Shown piece after piece: positions 39,534 to 51,526 of a stretch of DNA of 64,000 nt. Numbering within the stretch: position 1 is the stretch's first letter; every line of letters starts with the position of its first letter. Under the pieces are notes generated by a model. It made no database searches. It was given only the letters and a program-made list of their open reading frames with translations, and had not been told where the DNA came from. The stretch comes from Octopus vulgaris (Eukaryota), in contig OX597820.1 of assembly GCA_951406725.2 (NCBI GenBank), positions 11,718,001 through 11,782,000 of the forward strand, in the 5' to 3' direction. The translations under genes and the position numbers were made by a program.

Positions 39534-39536
<3 letters not shown>
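39430..39536. repeat. Single arm of the 6819-7045 palindromic repeat
   Basis: About 95% identical by eye; ends ...CCTTAATTGG followed by (TA)n. Confidence 0.9.
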
Positions 39537-39593
<57 letters not shown>

Positions 39594-39704
39594 GATAAAT
39601 ACAATTTACTAATTATGAAATACTATATAAATGCAATATACATATTATATATTATATATTAATACAATACACATACTATATATATACTAATGCGCGCGCG
39701 TAAT

Positions 39705-39741
<37 letters not shown>

Positions 39742-40596
39742 CGATATAATGATGTATGTAATTAGTCATAAGACTTTGTTTTAAGCTCTGGTAACGCTAA
39801 TTTCGTTCTCAGGTTAAATGCTGATTTGCTTCACTTAACTGCGTTAAAAATATTCGAGAAATGCTGGTTCTCTTCTCCAGAAATAAACACAAGACTTGGT
39901 GTTTATATTAAAAATGTCTTGTTTTTGCCCAAGTAGCGATGTAAGGAAGAAAAAAAAAAAGAAGAAAAACGAGCAGAAATGAGTCGGTTTTGAATCGGTG
40001 GTATTATCGATATCTGAGTATTAACTCGGTTGTGTTATTGGATTTAGATTAGTATTTTGAGAGGGGAGAAGGGCAAGATGGATTATCAGCGAAATTTGGA
40101 ATAAAACTGTATACGTGGTAGCTTTATAAAAGTGTTTTTATTTGCTTGTGTTTGCGGATTTTTGTGTATATATATACCATCGCAAGTATGTGTGTATGAG
40201 GCAGAGGGTAAGTAAGTGAGAGAGAGAGAAAGAGAGAGAGAGAGGTCTGCGTTAGGGGTTTATGTGGGGGGTGGGGAAACTTGTCTGGCGGTTTGTGTGA
40301 ATTATGTGCGTGGGAGAGAGATTAGACAAGACATTACTTCAAGCAACCCCCCGAACGAATACAAAAGCAACGTTTATTTTTCATTGTAGCCGTACATACA
40401 TGTATGCCTACACATATCTCTGCACAGTGAAAGCCATCATCATCACCATCGTCGTGGTCATAAACAGCTTCAATTTTTCATTAACGAATACACACTTGCG
40501 GCACAATTACCCAAGTGTGCCGCTCCTCACACACTATTTTGTTTCGACGTAACTTTCCGAAAAATGGATATTTTTTCATGAAATTTTCGACAAATA

Positions 40597-41000
40597 GGCG
40601 CTGGAGTGGCTGTGTGGTAGGTAGCTTGCTTGCTTACCAACCACATCGTTCCGGGTTCAGTCCAACTGCGTGGCACCTTGGGCAAGTGTCTTCTACTATA
40701 GCCTCGGGTCGACCAAACCCTTGTGAGTTGATTTGGTAGACGGAAACTGAAAGAAGCCCGTCGTATATATGTATATGTATATATATATATCTGTGTGTGT
40801 GTTTGTGTGTCTATGCCCTCCCAACATCGCTTGACAACCGATGCTGGTGTGTTTACGTCCCCGTCACTTAGCGGTTCGGCAAAAGAGACCGATAGAATAA
40901 GTACTAGGCTTACAAAGAATAAGTCCTGGGGTCGATTTGCTCGACTATAGGCGGTGCTCCAGCATGGCCGCAGTCAAATGACTGGAACATGTAAAAGATA
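40597..41000 (+). mobile_element. SINE family A
   Basis: Near-consensus full-length copy. Confidence 0.92.
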
Positions 41001-41233
41001 AGCTAAGGTGAATTTGTTGCTTTGGGTGTCTGGTATGTTATAAGGCCCGGAGAACTTCATTTAAAAGACATATATTCGTTTATAAAGGGTAAAGGATGGG
41101 ATAATCCTCAAAAGTAATATTTTCCCCAACATATTTGTAATGTACGTACGTTATCAAAACGTATGAGGAAACAAGAAACGTGTGAATTATCCGAAACTCT
41201 TTTCACCCATTCCCGAAGACAATTTCCACAATA

Positions 41234-41387
41234 TTTCGTTTTTGGATTTGGTTTGCAAGATTCTTTATATGAGTTCGTGTGTTGAAGCATATTTTAGGAA
41301 AATAAAAATTAAAAAGTGGAAATTTTACCGGTGAGTGTGTTACATTATAAGGCACAAACAGAAGATGACTCTCCCCAGAAACAACAG
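41234..41387 (-). mobile_element. 5'-inverted retroposed copy of the 18140-18343 element, 13-bp TSD
   Basis: AATTTCCACAATA at 41221-41233 and 41388-41400; 41234-41295 colinear with 18142-18203; 41291-41387 is the inverse of about 18203-18309. Confidence 0.85.
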
Positions 41388-41508
41388 AATTTCCACAATA
41401 AATACCGTGATAATCATAGTCTATACCATCTGAAGCATATTTGTTGAAAATTTCATTAAAAAAATATAAATTTCCCCCAGAAAAGTTATGAGGAAATAAA
41501 GTCGGGGT

Positions 41509-41664
41509 CACTAGCGTAGCTAGAGTGTGCCGCCCAGAGTGACCCTTTTGTTCCCCCCATGGACTCCTTAAAAAAACCCACATATTGCCTACAGCTGACC
41601 CAAAAGTATTGCCCCTTTAAAAGTGCCGCCCGGGGCGGACCGCTCCTAACTAGCTACGCTAGTG
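41509..41664. mobile_element. hAT-like MITE
   Basis: 15-bp TIR CACTAGCGTAGCTAG/CTAGCTACGCTAGTG; 8-bp TSD-like GTCGGGGT/GTCGGGAC. Confidence 0.8.
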
Positions 41665-41669
41665 GTCGG

Positions 41670-41958
41670 GACTTATTCTATCAGTTCCTTTTGCCAAGTC
41701 GCTAAGTTACGGGGACGTGAACACACCAGCATCGGTTGTGAAGCGATGGTGAGGGAGGGAAACAAACGTAGATACACAAACACACATATATTTACGACAG
41801 GCTTCTTTCAGTTTCCGTCTACCAAATCCATTCACAAGGCTTTGGTCGGCCCAAGGCTATAGTAAAAGACACTTGTCCAAGATGTCACGCTGTGGGACTG
41901 AACCCGGGACCATGTGGTTGGTAAGCAAGGTATTTACCACACAGCCACTCCTGCGCCT
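41670..41958 (-). mobile_element. SINE family A, 3' end missing
   Basis: Reverse complement of family A. Confidence 0.88.
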
Positions 41959-42544
41959 ATATATAATATATGGATTGTTTTTTATTCCATTTTTCTTTTC
42001 TTCTAGGTTTCCTTGGTTTGTTTCTTCTCCTCGCAATGTCGGCACATTTGTCGTATTGCGCACGTTTTCTTGTGCAGCAAAGCCTTGGCGCTCTGATCGT
42101 TGTCGTTCGCCTGAGACACTGTAACCTCGCACCACGTGCGTTTGCACAGAAAATGTTACGTCGTCTGCTTTGTACGTGTGTTATTCCTCTATACTACTAT
42201 ATTGGGTGTGTAGTTGTGTGTATGTAGTTCAGCATACACAACATAGTGTCTCCTACTGTCAGTGCAGGCTTGTGCGCGCCCGTGCACACACTTTCTCTAT
42301 ATGTTAGTTAGTTAGTTGGTTAATTTTTTGGCTCAAGAAGCAAGGCCATGTAGGGGGACATGGAGTTATGTACAGGGTGGTGTTCATGTAAAGAGTTCAG
42401 GCCACTTGAGGTCAAGGGAGACTTTGAACAAAGCGGTCGTCGGCATATATTCACACATACATTTTGCACCTGAGCACTGTATACAGTAAATTCGTTATTA
42501 TTATTTCATCATTATAAGTGTGTGTGTATGTATATATATATATA

Positions 42545-43025
42545 GGCGCAAGATGGCTGTATAGTAAGAAGCTTGCTTCTCAACCACACGGTTCCGGGTT
42601 CAGTCCTACTGCGTGGCACCTTGGGTAATTGTCTTCTACTATAGGCTCGGGCCGACCAAAGCCTTGTGTGTGGATCTGGTAGATGAAAACTGAAAGAAGC
42701 CCATCGTATATATATGTATGTATGTGTATATGTATGTGTATATGTGTAATGTATATATGTGTAACGTATATATATATATATATATATATCCGTTACACAT
42801 ATATACATTACACATATACACATGTGTGTGTGTGTTTGTCCCCCAACATCAATTGACAACCGATGCTGGTGTGTTTACGTCCCCGTAACTTAGCGGTTCG
42901 GCAAAAAGAGACCGATAAAATAAGTACTAGGCTTACAAAGAATAAATCCTGGGGTCGATTTGCTCGACTAAAAGGCAGTGCTCGAGCATGGCCGCAGTCA
43001 AATGACTGAAACAAGTAAAAGAGTA
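42545..43025 (+). mobile_element. SINE family A with expanded internal microsatellite
   Basis: Colinear with family A. Confidence 0.9.
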
Positions 43026-44892
43026 AAGACAGTTGCGGAGCAAGTGAAAAAAACAAGGACGAAGGAAGTAGGCTCATGTTTAAGGCCTTTCTTTCTTTCT
43101 AAAGATTATATGGAATCGCAATCACATGGTCTCTGTGAGAATGCAAGCAGACATGATTACGGCACATGAAGCACACATCATTTATATTATTAAAAACTGC
43201 AAAAGAAAAGAGAAAAAACAATTAATAACATACAATAGTATGACTACAAAAAAAATTACTGAAGAAATAAAATAAAATAAAAGCCTTTAGCTTGTGTGTG
43301 TTTTTTTTCCCGCTCTTTTCTCTCCGTCCAAACAAAGTGAAAGTGCAGATAGCAGATACTAACGCACGTGTGTGACTTGCGAAATCAAGATGGAGGCTGC
43401 AGAAGGCCGCCACCGTCGTCATGGCAGCGCTTGCTGTAATTACTACTACAATGGCGATGACGATTACTACTACTATTACTACTATTATTATTATTATTAT
43501 TAACGCATATCACTTTTCCGCTACATCACCACCGTCTCTATCAGACAAGGGACAAAACACTCGTCTATGTAACATTACCAAGCGAACTTGTTTGACATCA
43601 CCGTATTCTGATACTTCGAGTGAGAGGGAGGGAGGGAAAGAGAGACAGACAGAGAGGAGAGAGAGAGAGAGAGAGAAAGAGAGAGGAAAGTGCGGTGAAC
43701 ACTGACTGAATGGCGTGCCTTGATGATGGTGGTGGTGGTGGTGGTAGTAGTAGTGGTGACGTTGGAGGTGTGTCTCATATTTCCTTTCATCGATACGTAT
43801 AAAAAAAAAAAAAAATTGCGATCGCAGCCAGCCACATGACTCGCTTTTAAGTGCACGTGTGTGTATGTGTGTGCCTGTGTGTGTGTGTGTGTGTGTGTGA
43901 GTGTCTACGTATTTAAAAGCTTACGTGTAGTTCTGGGACTTTTTGTTGTTGTTATATTATCGATCGCGAACTTCCCGATTCTACATTTTCCGTCAAAGTG
44001 ACCCTGCACATTTTTATTACTTAGTCCTAAACCAACCCCTTTCAAAGAGAACAATGACGAAAGACTTTCCCAACTCAACCGTGACCATCACTTTTTCGAG
44101 TATCTAACACTGCATTATCGCACTGTCCCCTTTTTACAAAGGTTAGCAGTGAAGATTTGGTTTCTATTTCTAGCAGGATATGCAGTCACTTTGTCTCGTC
44201 TTACTTTCATTCCCTTTTTTAAGGTGGTTTGGGAGTTGTGTAACTAAATAGCTGCTATTTCAAGCCGAACAAACAACCACTTTGTCGCGTCTTTCACCCC
44301 ACTTTTTTAAAGATAGCTAGATAGCTGGTGGTGATGTGACTGCTATTTCTAGCAACTGTGTCTGTCTCATATTTCTTTTCTCTCTCAGCAGTAAGCAGTA
44401 ATTGATTCTATACAACATAGAGGTTACTGGAGTGATTTCTATTGGAACTTTTCGTTGTTATTTAACTCAAGGCCAACCCGATCGAAGAAAACCCACGATG
44501 AAAAGACAATCTCACTGTAATCTGCTCATTGTTTTTTCCCTGCAGACATAAATTTTTGTATAAAAGATAGTAGTGTGACATTTGAGAGAATTAACTGGCT
44601 GCTATTTCTAGCAGGTCGGGGGGGGGGGGGCTACACCGTAGTCGTTATTTCATTGGTCCGTTTTGGAAGAAGGAGCAAGTGAGCAGATAGATACACATTA
44701 CATGCGGCGATCCTTCGGTATTGGTCTGCAGAGTGTCAGTACGAGCAGACAACCTCATTCAGCCTTTACCTGTGACATGAGGGGAAGATTATGCGGATGG
44801 ACGACGTCGTGTACCAATACCGAAAGACTGCGATTGCCCTTACACGCGCGCGTATGTATGTATGTATATATATATACATGAAGCTGAGGAAG

Positions 44893-45158
44893 AAATAGCC
44901 AAGTAATTTGCTTAGCTCAGATCAGCTCTGGCTGAGCAAACATGTGACCGAAGGCGCTCCAGCCGTGACCTTCCTGTCGTTTTAAAGATAGAACGTGATT
45001 TGAAGGAGGTCTGACTGTTATTTGGCAAAATAGCCAAGTAATTTGCTTAGCTCAGATCAGCTCTGGCCGAGCAAACATGTGACCGAAGGCGCTCCAGCCG
45101 TGACCTTCCTGTCGTTTTAAAGACAGAACGTGATTTGAAGGAGTTCTGACTGTTATTT
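44893..45158. repeat. 135-bp tandem duplication of a family E repeat segment
   Basis: AAATAGCCAAGTAATTTGCTTAGCTCAGATC... at 44893 and 45028, few mismatches. Confidence 0.93.
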
Positions 45159-46209
45159 CGTTCGTTGCTTTGATATTCCAAGTAGCAAACTGCCCTGGCT
45201 GCTCAGCAACCACTACGACGTCGGTTTTGTTGCAGCTCGCTCCCGGGAGACATGCGTTTCCAAGCACTTTGCTGCAGTGAAGTCGGGTTGTCTAGGGGCT
45301 AGACAGACAGACAGACAGACATACACCCTTTGTAGTCGTTTCGAGCCCCAGTTTTTCCTGTCTGGGAGTGGTTCGCGTGTTGTTCAGTCGGGAAAAATAT
45401 TAAAATTACATCACACGTCTCACATGTTATGTATATTTTTTTTACCGGGCATAAATTATGTAAGCGCTGCGTACTGCGCGAGGGACTCGCTTTATACGGT
45501 ATCACAAAACGAAGCACCGAACAGGTTATGCTAAAAGCACAGGAACATTAATGTTTCTTGGAAAATATTTATCTTTCACTTGTTTACTATACGCCCATGC
45601 TGGGGCACCACCTTGGAATGTTTAGTCGAACAAATCGACCCCAGTACTTATATATAGGGCTGGTATTTATTCTACTGTTATCCATCTGTTTTTACAGAAC
45701 TGCCACCGGTTGACAAGGGGTGGGGAACATAATCACGCAGACTGATTAAAAGGACAACTTTGAGCCTAAAACCTTAAAACCTGTAAAGATTAAGGGGGTC
45801 AATTCTGGTAGTGAATCAGGTTGGAAGAGAACTCGGGGGTTCAAATAGCCGCATGGTTGAGGTTACATTCTCATTGTGTAAACACTGCTGGCTGGTGTTT
45901 TGCACTGTAGCAGTAAGTTGACCAATACTTTGGGAGTGAAATTTGGTAGATGGAAACTGGAAGAAGCCCATATGCGTGTGTGCATGCATGAGTATGTGTT
46001 GCCATTGTTTTGATACCTGCATGCTGACCGTAAACAGAAAGTTGCCATTTTATACAAACGGCGTCGTTTGTTTACAATTATCTGTGAAAACATGTCTGGG
46101 CTGTTGGTTGTTTGACAGGCAAGGGAAAATATTATTTGAGTTGGTGACAGGATGAGCATCCATCTGTAGAAACCTGTGGCATTGGAGCAACACATATTAA
46201 ACCCTTTTT

Positions 46210-46665
46210 CTCTTTTACTCGTTTCAGTCATTTGATTGTGGCCATGCTGGAGCACCACCTTTAGTTGAGCAAATCGACCCCCAGGACTTATTCTTTGTAA
46301 GCCTAGTACTTATTCTATCGTATCTCTTTTGCCGAACCGGGGACGTAAACACACCAGCATCGGTTGTCAAGTGATGTTGGGGGGGGGACAAACACAAACA
46401 TATACACACACATACATATATTATAACTGAAAGAAGCCCATCGCATACATATATATATTTATGTATATGTATATATGATTGTATATATATATATATATTT
46501 GCGATGGGCTTCTTTCAGTTTCCATTTACCAAATCCACTCACAAGGCTTTGGTCGGCCCGAGGCTACAGTAGAAGACACTTGCCCAAGATGCCACGCAGT
46601 GGGACTGAACCCGAAACCATGTGGTTCGTAAGCTAGCTACTTACCACACAGCCACTCCTACGCCT
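46210..46665 (-). mobile_element. SINE family A with an internal 21-bp inverted duplication
   Basis: Reverse complement of family A; IR at 46425-46445 and 46500-46520. Confidence 0.9.
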
Positions 46666-47059
46666 ATGAACCTTTCACTCAATGTTAGTATAAGAAAGGT
46701 GATGTAAAAATGCTGCTGCTGCTGTTGTCTTACCTGTGAGGATAAACGTTGGTATTTGAACATGGAACTGAAATGTAGTGGCTCTTCAGACCTCCGTGGA
46801 AATCAGCATTTTGCTTTCTCCTCCTTTATAACCAGCTACAAGAAATAACTAGAAATAATAACCAAATCTCTCTTACTTCACATTCTACTATTTAAAAAAA
46901 AAAAGAAACAAACAGTAAGCAATGTAGTAATTGGATATTGAAAATGGAGAGATGGTCATGACATGAAACCTTTTAATTTGGTGGTCTGCTCAACCAGGAC
47001 TGACCTGGGGCTAAATGACAACCAACAATAATGACGACGTACGTGGTGCCTATTGGTTA

Positions 47060-47411
47060 CTAGCAGCTAAGCCCGGTTTCACCCGGTCTGTTTGGATGAT
47101 GTGGGTGTGATCATTTTCGGTTAGGTATAATCTATAACAGCGTTTCTCAACCTTATCATTTCGGGTCCCCTGTTTTGATTGGAGCCTGCAGCTGTATGAA
47201 AATTTCTTCTCCCACCCCTGTTAGAAAACAGCTTCAGATCGATTTTCTCAGTAAGTGTGGGGCTAGGAAAAAAAATACAAACTGCATTCCAATCTATGCA
47301 CCCGTCTCCACATGTGTGCCATTTTTCATGCAAATCCACCCAGCCGTTTGGCTGTGAACCTCAAGACAAGAAAGAATACAACAATCACCCATGTCCAATT
47401 TATATTATAGA
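47060..47411 (-). mobile_element. Non-autonomous Helitron
   Basis: A|TCTATAATATAAA ... ACCGGGTGAAACCGGGC hairpin ... TGCTAG|T; no TSD. Confidence 0.8.
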
Positions 47412-48134
47412 TGACCATTGACATAAGGGAGATAACAACTGCCTCAGCGCAATTACATGAATCTGTAAGTGGTGGGTAACAACTAACAGAATTTAGTTTA
47501 GTGAGAAGATGTAAAACCAAGTTGCTCACCTTGGATCCAAGTGATGTAACAACCTACCATTTTTGTTAGCCAATCACCTTAAATGAGGTGCCTGGGCCTT
47601 GGGGTACCTTAACCATCCAGGAAAGCTGCAATGCAGACAACAGCACAGAAGGGTATCCAGGAGATCATGAGCTGGATGTGGCCCTGGCCCCTTAGAGTGT
47701 AAGGAGAGCTTCTCTAAAGACCTTCTGTTCTGTTTTCCTTAGCATTTCCTATTCCCTATTATTTTTTAAGGGAATCTAAAGTGAGGCACTGTATCTTTCA
47801 TGCCTTCCCATTTGCAGTGTCAGCTGTTATTGTCATTTCGCCCCAGATCAGCCCTAAGATCAAAGGTATTCCGGCCATGACCATGCAGTTTTTTTTTTTA
47901 CTTGTATCTCAGGAATGCAGGACATCTTTATGGAACTTCTTTGCAAACATGGTAGGGTGTGACTTGAACGAATGAGACAGCTATTTCTAGCAAGTTGAGT
48001 GACCATGTTGGTTCTCAGAATGTCAGTGAAATGAAATGGGAATCAAAACTTGGTTGGGTGTTGGTGTGCTTGGAACTCTCTGGAAATTCCTGAAAATAAT
48101 AACAACATTGATTATAATAATTTCCTCACATTCG

Positions 48135-48540
48135 ATGACTGGCACCCGGTCGTTGCCAGTGCCGCTGGACTGACTCCTGTGCAGGTGGCAAGAAACACTG
48201 TTTCGAACCTGTGCTTGAGGAGACCTACTGAGTCAAGTACATCAAAATCAAAAATCAATGGAAATTGTAGTTGTGATCCCTGTGCTGGTGGCACATAAAA
48301 AGCAGCATCCGAATGTGGCCATTGCCAGCCACGCCTGGCACCTGTGCCGGTGGCATGTAAAAAGCACCCACTACACTCTCGGAGTGGTTGGCGTTAGGAA
48401 GGGCATCCAGCTGTAGAAACATTGCCAGATCAGATTGGAGCCTGGTGCAGCGTCCTGGCTTCCCAGACCCCGGTCAAACCATCCAACCCCTGCCAGTATC
48501 GAAAAAGGGACGTTAAATGATGATGATGATGATAATGATA
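48135..48540 (+). mobile_element. Family C (RTE-type 3' end)
   Basis: GGCGTTAGGAAGGGCATCCAGCTG...GGACGTTAAATGATGATG. Confidence 0.85.
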
Positions 48541-49174
48541 AAAGTAATGTTCAAGATTTATAAAAGACATCAAAGTGGAAATTGTTATTTATGCCTACTT
48601 TGGAATTGGAACTCGATGATGATTTTCGGGTTTGCATCATATCCGTTTACTTTTGTTTCTATCAGTCATGGGATTGTTGCTCATTCACAACCCTACAAGC
48701 ACTGATAAATAGTCAAGAGAATATTTCGAAACCAATCTGAAGTCACAGGATGCTTTAGTTGCCAATTCTTTTAGCAATCAATGATCAGCAATTATGTCAG
48801 GCCCACTTGCCTGGTCTGTTTCTGAGTTACCAAAGACAAGATGCTAGCAGACAGTCATTAGTATTGATTTCCTGCACAGACGCAAAATATCATCAGATTT
48901 ACAGGAAAATGAAAATGAAACAATGTTGTGATGTTCATGCTTTCCCAAAGTACTTTAAGTGATATGGGTGAGAAAACAATTACTAAGAGTGAATTAGTCA
49001 TCACTCATTGGAAGCAGTCCTCCTCTACTCTTCTTCAAATTAATATCGGTCCACGACAAGAAGCAGAGAGAGACCTACTTTGCAGATATTCCTGTAACTC
49101 TTTTGGTACAAACCCACCTGAAACAGTCTTTGGTTCTATGTCTTTGTTTCAAACTGATCTAAATGAAAGTCTTC

Positions 49175-49650
49175 AGCATCATCCAGCATCATTTAACGTC
49201 TGTTGTCCATGCTGGCAAGCTGGAAGGCTGCCCCAGGTTCCAGTCTGATTTGGCAGAGTTTCTACAGCTGGATGTCCTTCCTAATGCCAACTATTCTAAG
49301 AGTATAATGGGTACTTTTACATGCCACCAGCACAACACTGGTATCTGTTACGACTGCAATTTTGCTTGGCTTGATGGGTCTTCTTCTTAAGTACAACATA
49401 ATGCCAAAGGTCTTGGTCATTGCCTTTGTGAGGCCTAAGACACAAAAGTAGCTCAGCCACTTTGCCTCAGTGAGGCACAACACTCGAAAGGCACTTTTTC
49501 CGTGCCACCAGCATGGGTGCCAGTTATGTGACACCAGCATCAGCCATGACTATGAATTCTCTTGGCTTGATGGGTCTTCTCAAGCACAGCATATCACCAA
49601 ACTTGAGAAGATGTAAAACCAAATAGTCATTGCCTCTGTGAGGCCCAAAG
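49175..49650 (-). mobile_element. Family C, degenerate, with duplicated ORF-end segments
   Basis: Family C tail plus two copies of GGCTTGATGGGTCTTCT..AAG.AC..CAT and GTCATTGCCT.TGTGAGGCC. Confidence 0.75.
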
Positions 49651-50339
49651 TACCATCTATTTGTTTCAGTCATTGGACTGTGGCCATGCTGGGGCACCGC
49701 CTTGGAAAATTTTTAGTTGAATGAATCAACCCAAATATTTCTTTTTAAGCTTGATACAGTCACTCCTACGCATATGGTAGCAAAAGTTTTTTAAGACATC
49801 GTCAAGAGTGTCCAATTATAAAATGGTAATAAAAGACAGTGAGATGACAGTCAAGAGTAGCGGTGGATGTTTTATGGTGCCCGAATTACGGTTTGTTTAA
49901 GTTATATTCCTCAATCCACACTAAAATTGACTTTGCTGGACATTCACCCGAAGTTGATAAAATAAGTACCAATGATAAGACAATTGCTTCTTTACCATGT
50001 GATTTCTGGTTCAATCCCACTACATGGCACCTTTGGCAAATGTTTTCTGCTACAGCCCTGGGCTTCCTAATGCTTTGCAAATGAATTTCGTTGATGGGAA
50101 GTGTAGAAGTTTGACGTGTATGTGTGTATACACACGCACATATATTTTTGTATGTATGTATATGAGTGTCTGTGTTTGTCCTCCACTCCTTGACAACCAG
50201 TGTTGGTTTGTTTATGTTCCTCTAACGTAGCAGTTCAGCAAAAGAGACCATGAGAATAAAAAAAAAAGTACTGGTACCAATTTGTTCACAATGAACAAAA
50301 TATGATATACACAGCCCTAAATATTATTAGGGCCTTCAA

Positions 50340-50565
50340 GGCTGCGAGCTGGCAGAAATGTTAGCACACCGAGCAAAATGCTGAGCAGTTTTTCGTCTGT
50401 CTTTACGTTCTGAGTTCAAATTCTGCTGAAGTTGACTTTGCCTTTCATCCTTTCAGGGTTGATAAATTCAGTACCAGTTGCATACTGGTGTCGATCTAAT
50501 CGATTAGAAACCCCACCCCACCCCCAAATTTTTCAGGCCTTGTACCTAGAGCAGAAAAGAATATT
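50340..50565 (+). mobile_element. SINE family B (short-tail variant)
   Basis: Head plus central domain, tail GGCCTTGTACCTAGAG. Confidence 0.85.
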
Positions 50566-51270
50566 ATTAGGACCCTCATATAATTATAGACAGTTAAGGT
50601 GCCTAAATACAAAGTAAAAAGGGATTGCTAGTTCATAGCTTATAGTTGATGTGGGCTAAGTCTACCTAGTAAGTACCATAAGAAAGTGCACAACCTGTTA
50701 CTGAACGAAGTACAAGCATTGTGAGAGTAGCATCATGAATAATTTTGTTGACCTGTAGTTTTGATGAAAGACATCTTTCTGAAGTCTGTTCAACTAATTA
50801 ATAATCCATTGATGGCTCTATCCAATTAGTAAAAGTAAAGCAATTGACTTTAATCATTGCAATTAGCTGAGATAAATAATTATTGATTTATTAATCCTAC
50901 ATTTATAGATAAAAATTTGGAAGATACCAGATTATTTTCACGGGTAGCAAAACATGTACACATTTGCAATAATCATAGAGGAGAATATTCTCTGGCCCAT
51001 GTGTTGTTAAGAAGCTTGCTTTGCAAACACTACAGCCTTGGGGTAACCAATGCTTTGTCAGGAAATTTGGTACACGAAAACTGCACGGTTGTATTAGATG
51101 CTCCCCAATTTCATCATCATCATCATCGTCACCATTTCATGTCTGTTTTCTATGCTGGCATGAACTGGATGGTTTGACAGGAGCTGGCAAGGGTGGGAGC
51201 CATTGTCTACTTTGGCAGGGTTTCTACAGCTGGATGCCTTTCCTGATGCTGACCACTTAAAGTGTACTGA

Positions 51271-51526
51271 GTGCTTTTTATGTGGCACCAGCACGAGTAC
51301 CTTTTATGTGACACCAGCATGGGTGCTTTTTACATGGCACCAGCATGGGTGCTTTTTACGTGGAACCAGCACGGGTGGTTTTTACATGGCACCAATATGG
51401 GTGGTTTTATGTGTCTCCAGCATGGTTGCTTTTATGTGGCTCCAGCATGGTCGCCTTTTCTGTGGCTCCAGCATGGGTGCTATTTACGTGGCACCAGCAA
51501 CAGTGCTTTTTATGTGGCACCAGCAC
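51271..51526. repeat. 26-bp minisatellite x10 inside a family C element (51110-51530)
   Basis: GTGCTTTTTATGTGGCACCAGCATGG head-to-tail with no spacers. Confidence 0.92.

Noticed and set aside
42007-42227. Strong acceptor followed by a signal-peptide-like reading (FLGLFLLLAMSAHLSYCA)
   Set aside because: No recognisable homology or clear donor; the hydrophobicity follows from T-rich sequence.
46734-46835. 102-bp minus-strand exon candidate (ttcttgtag|...cag|gtaaga)
   Set aside because: Good splice signals but stops in all three frames, and the acceptor adjoins a repeat; could be non-coding but is unsupported without RNA data.
51271-51526. CRISPR-like 26-bp repeats
   Set aside because: Head-to-tail with no unique spacers; derived from a retroelement subrepeat.
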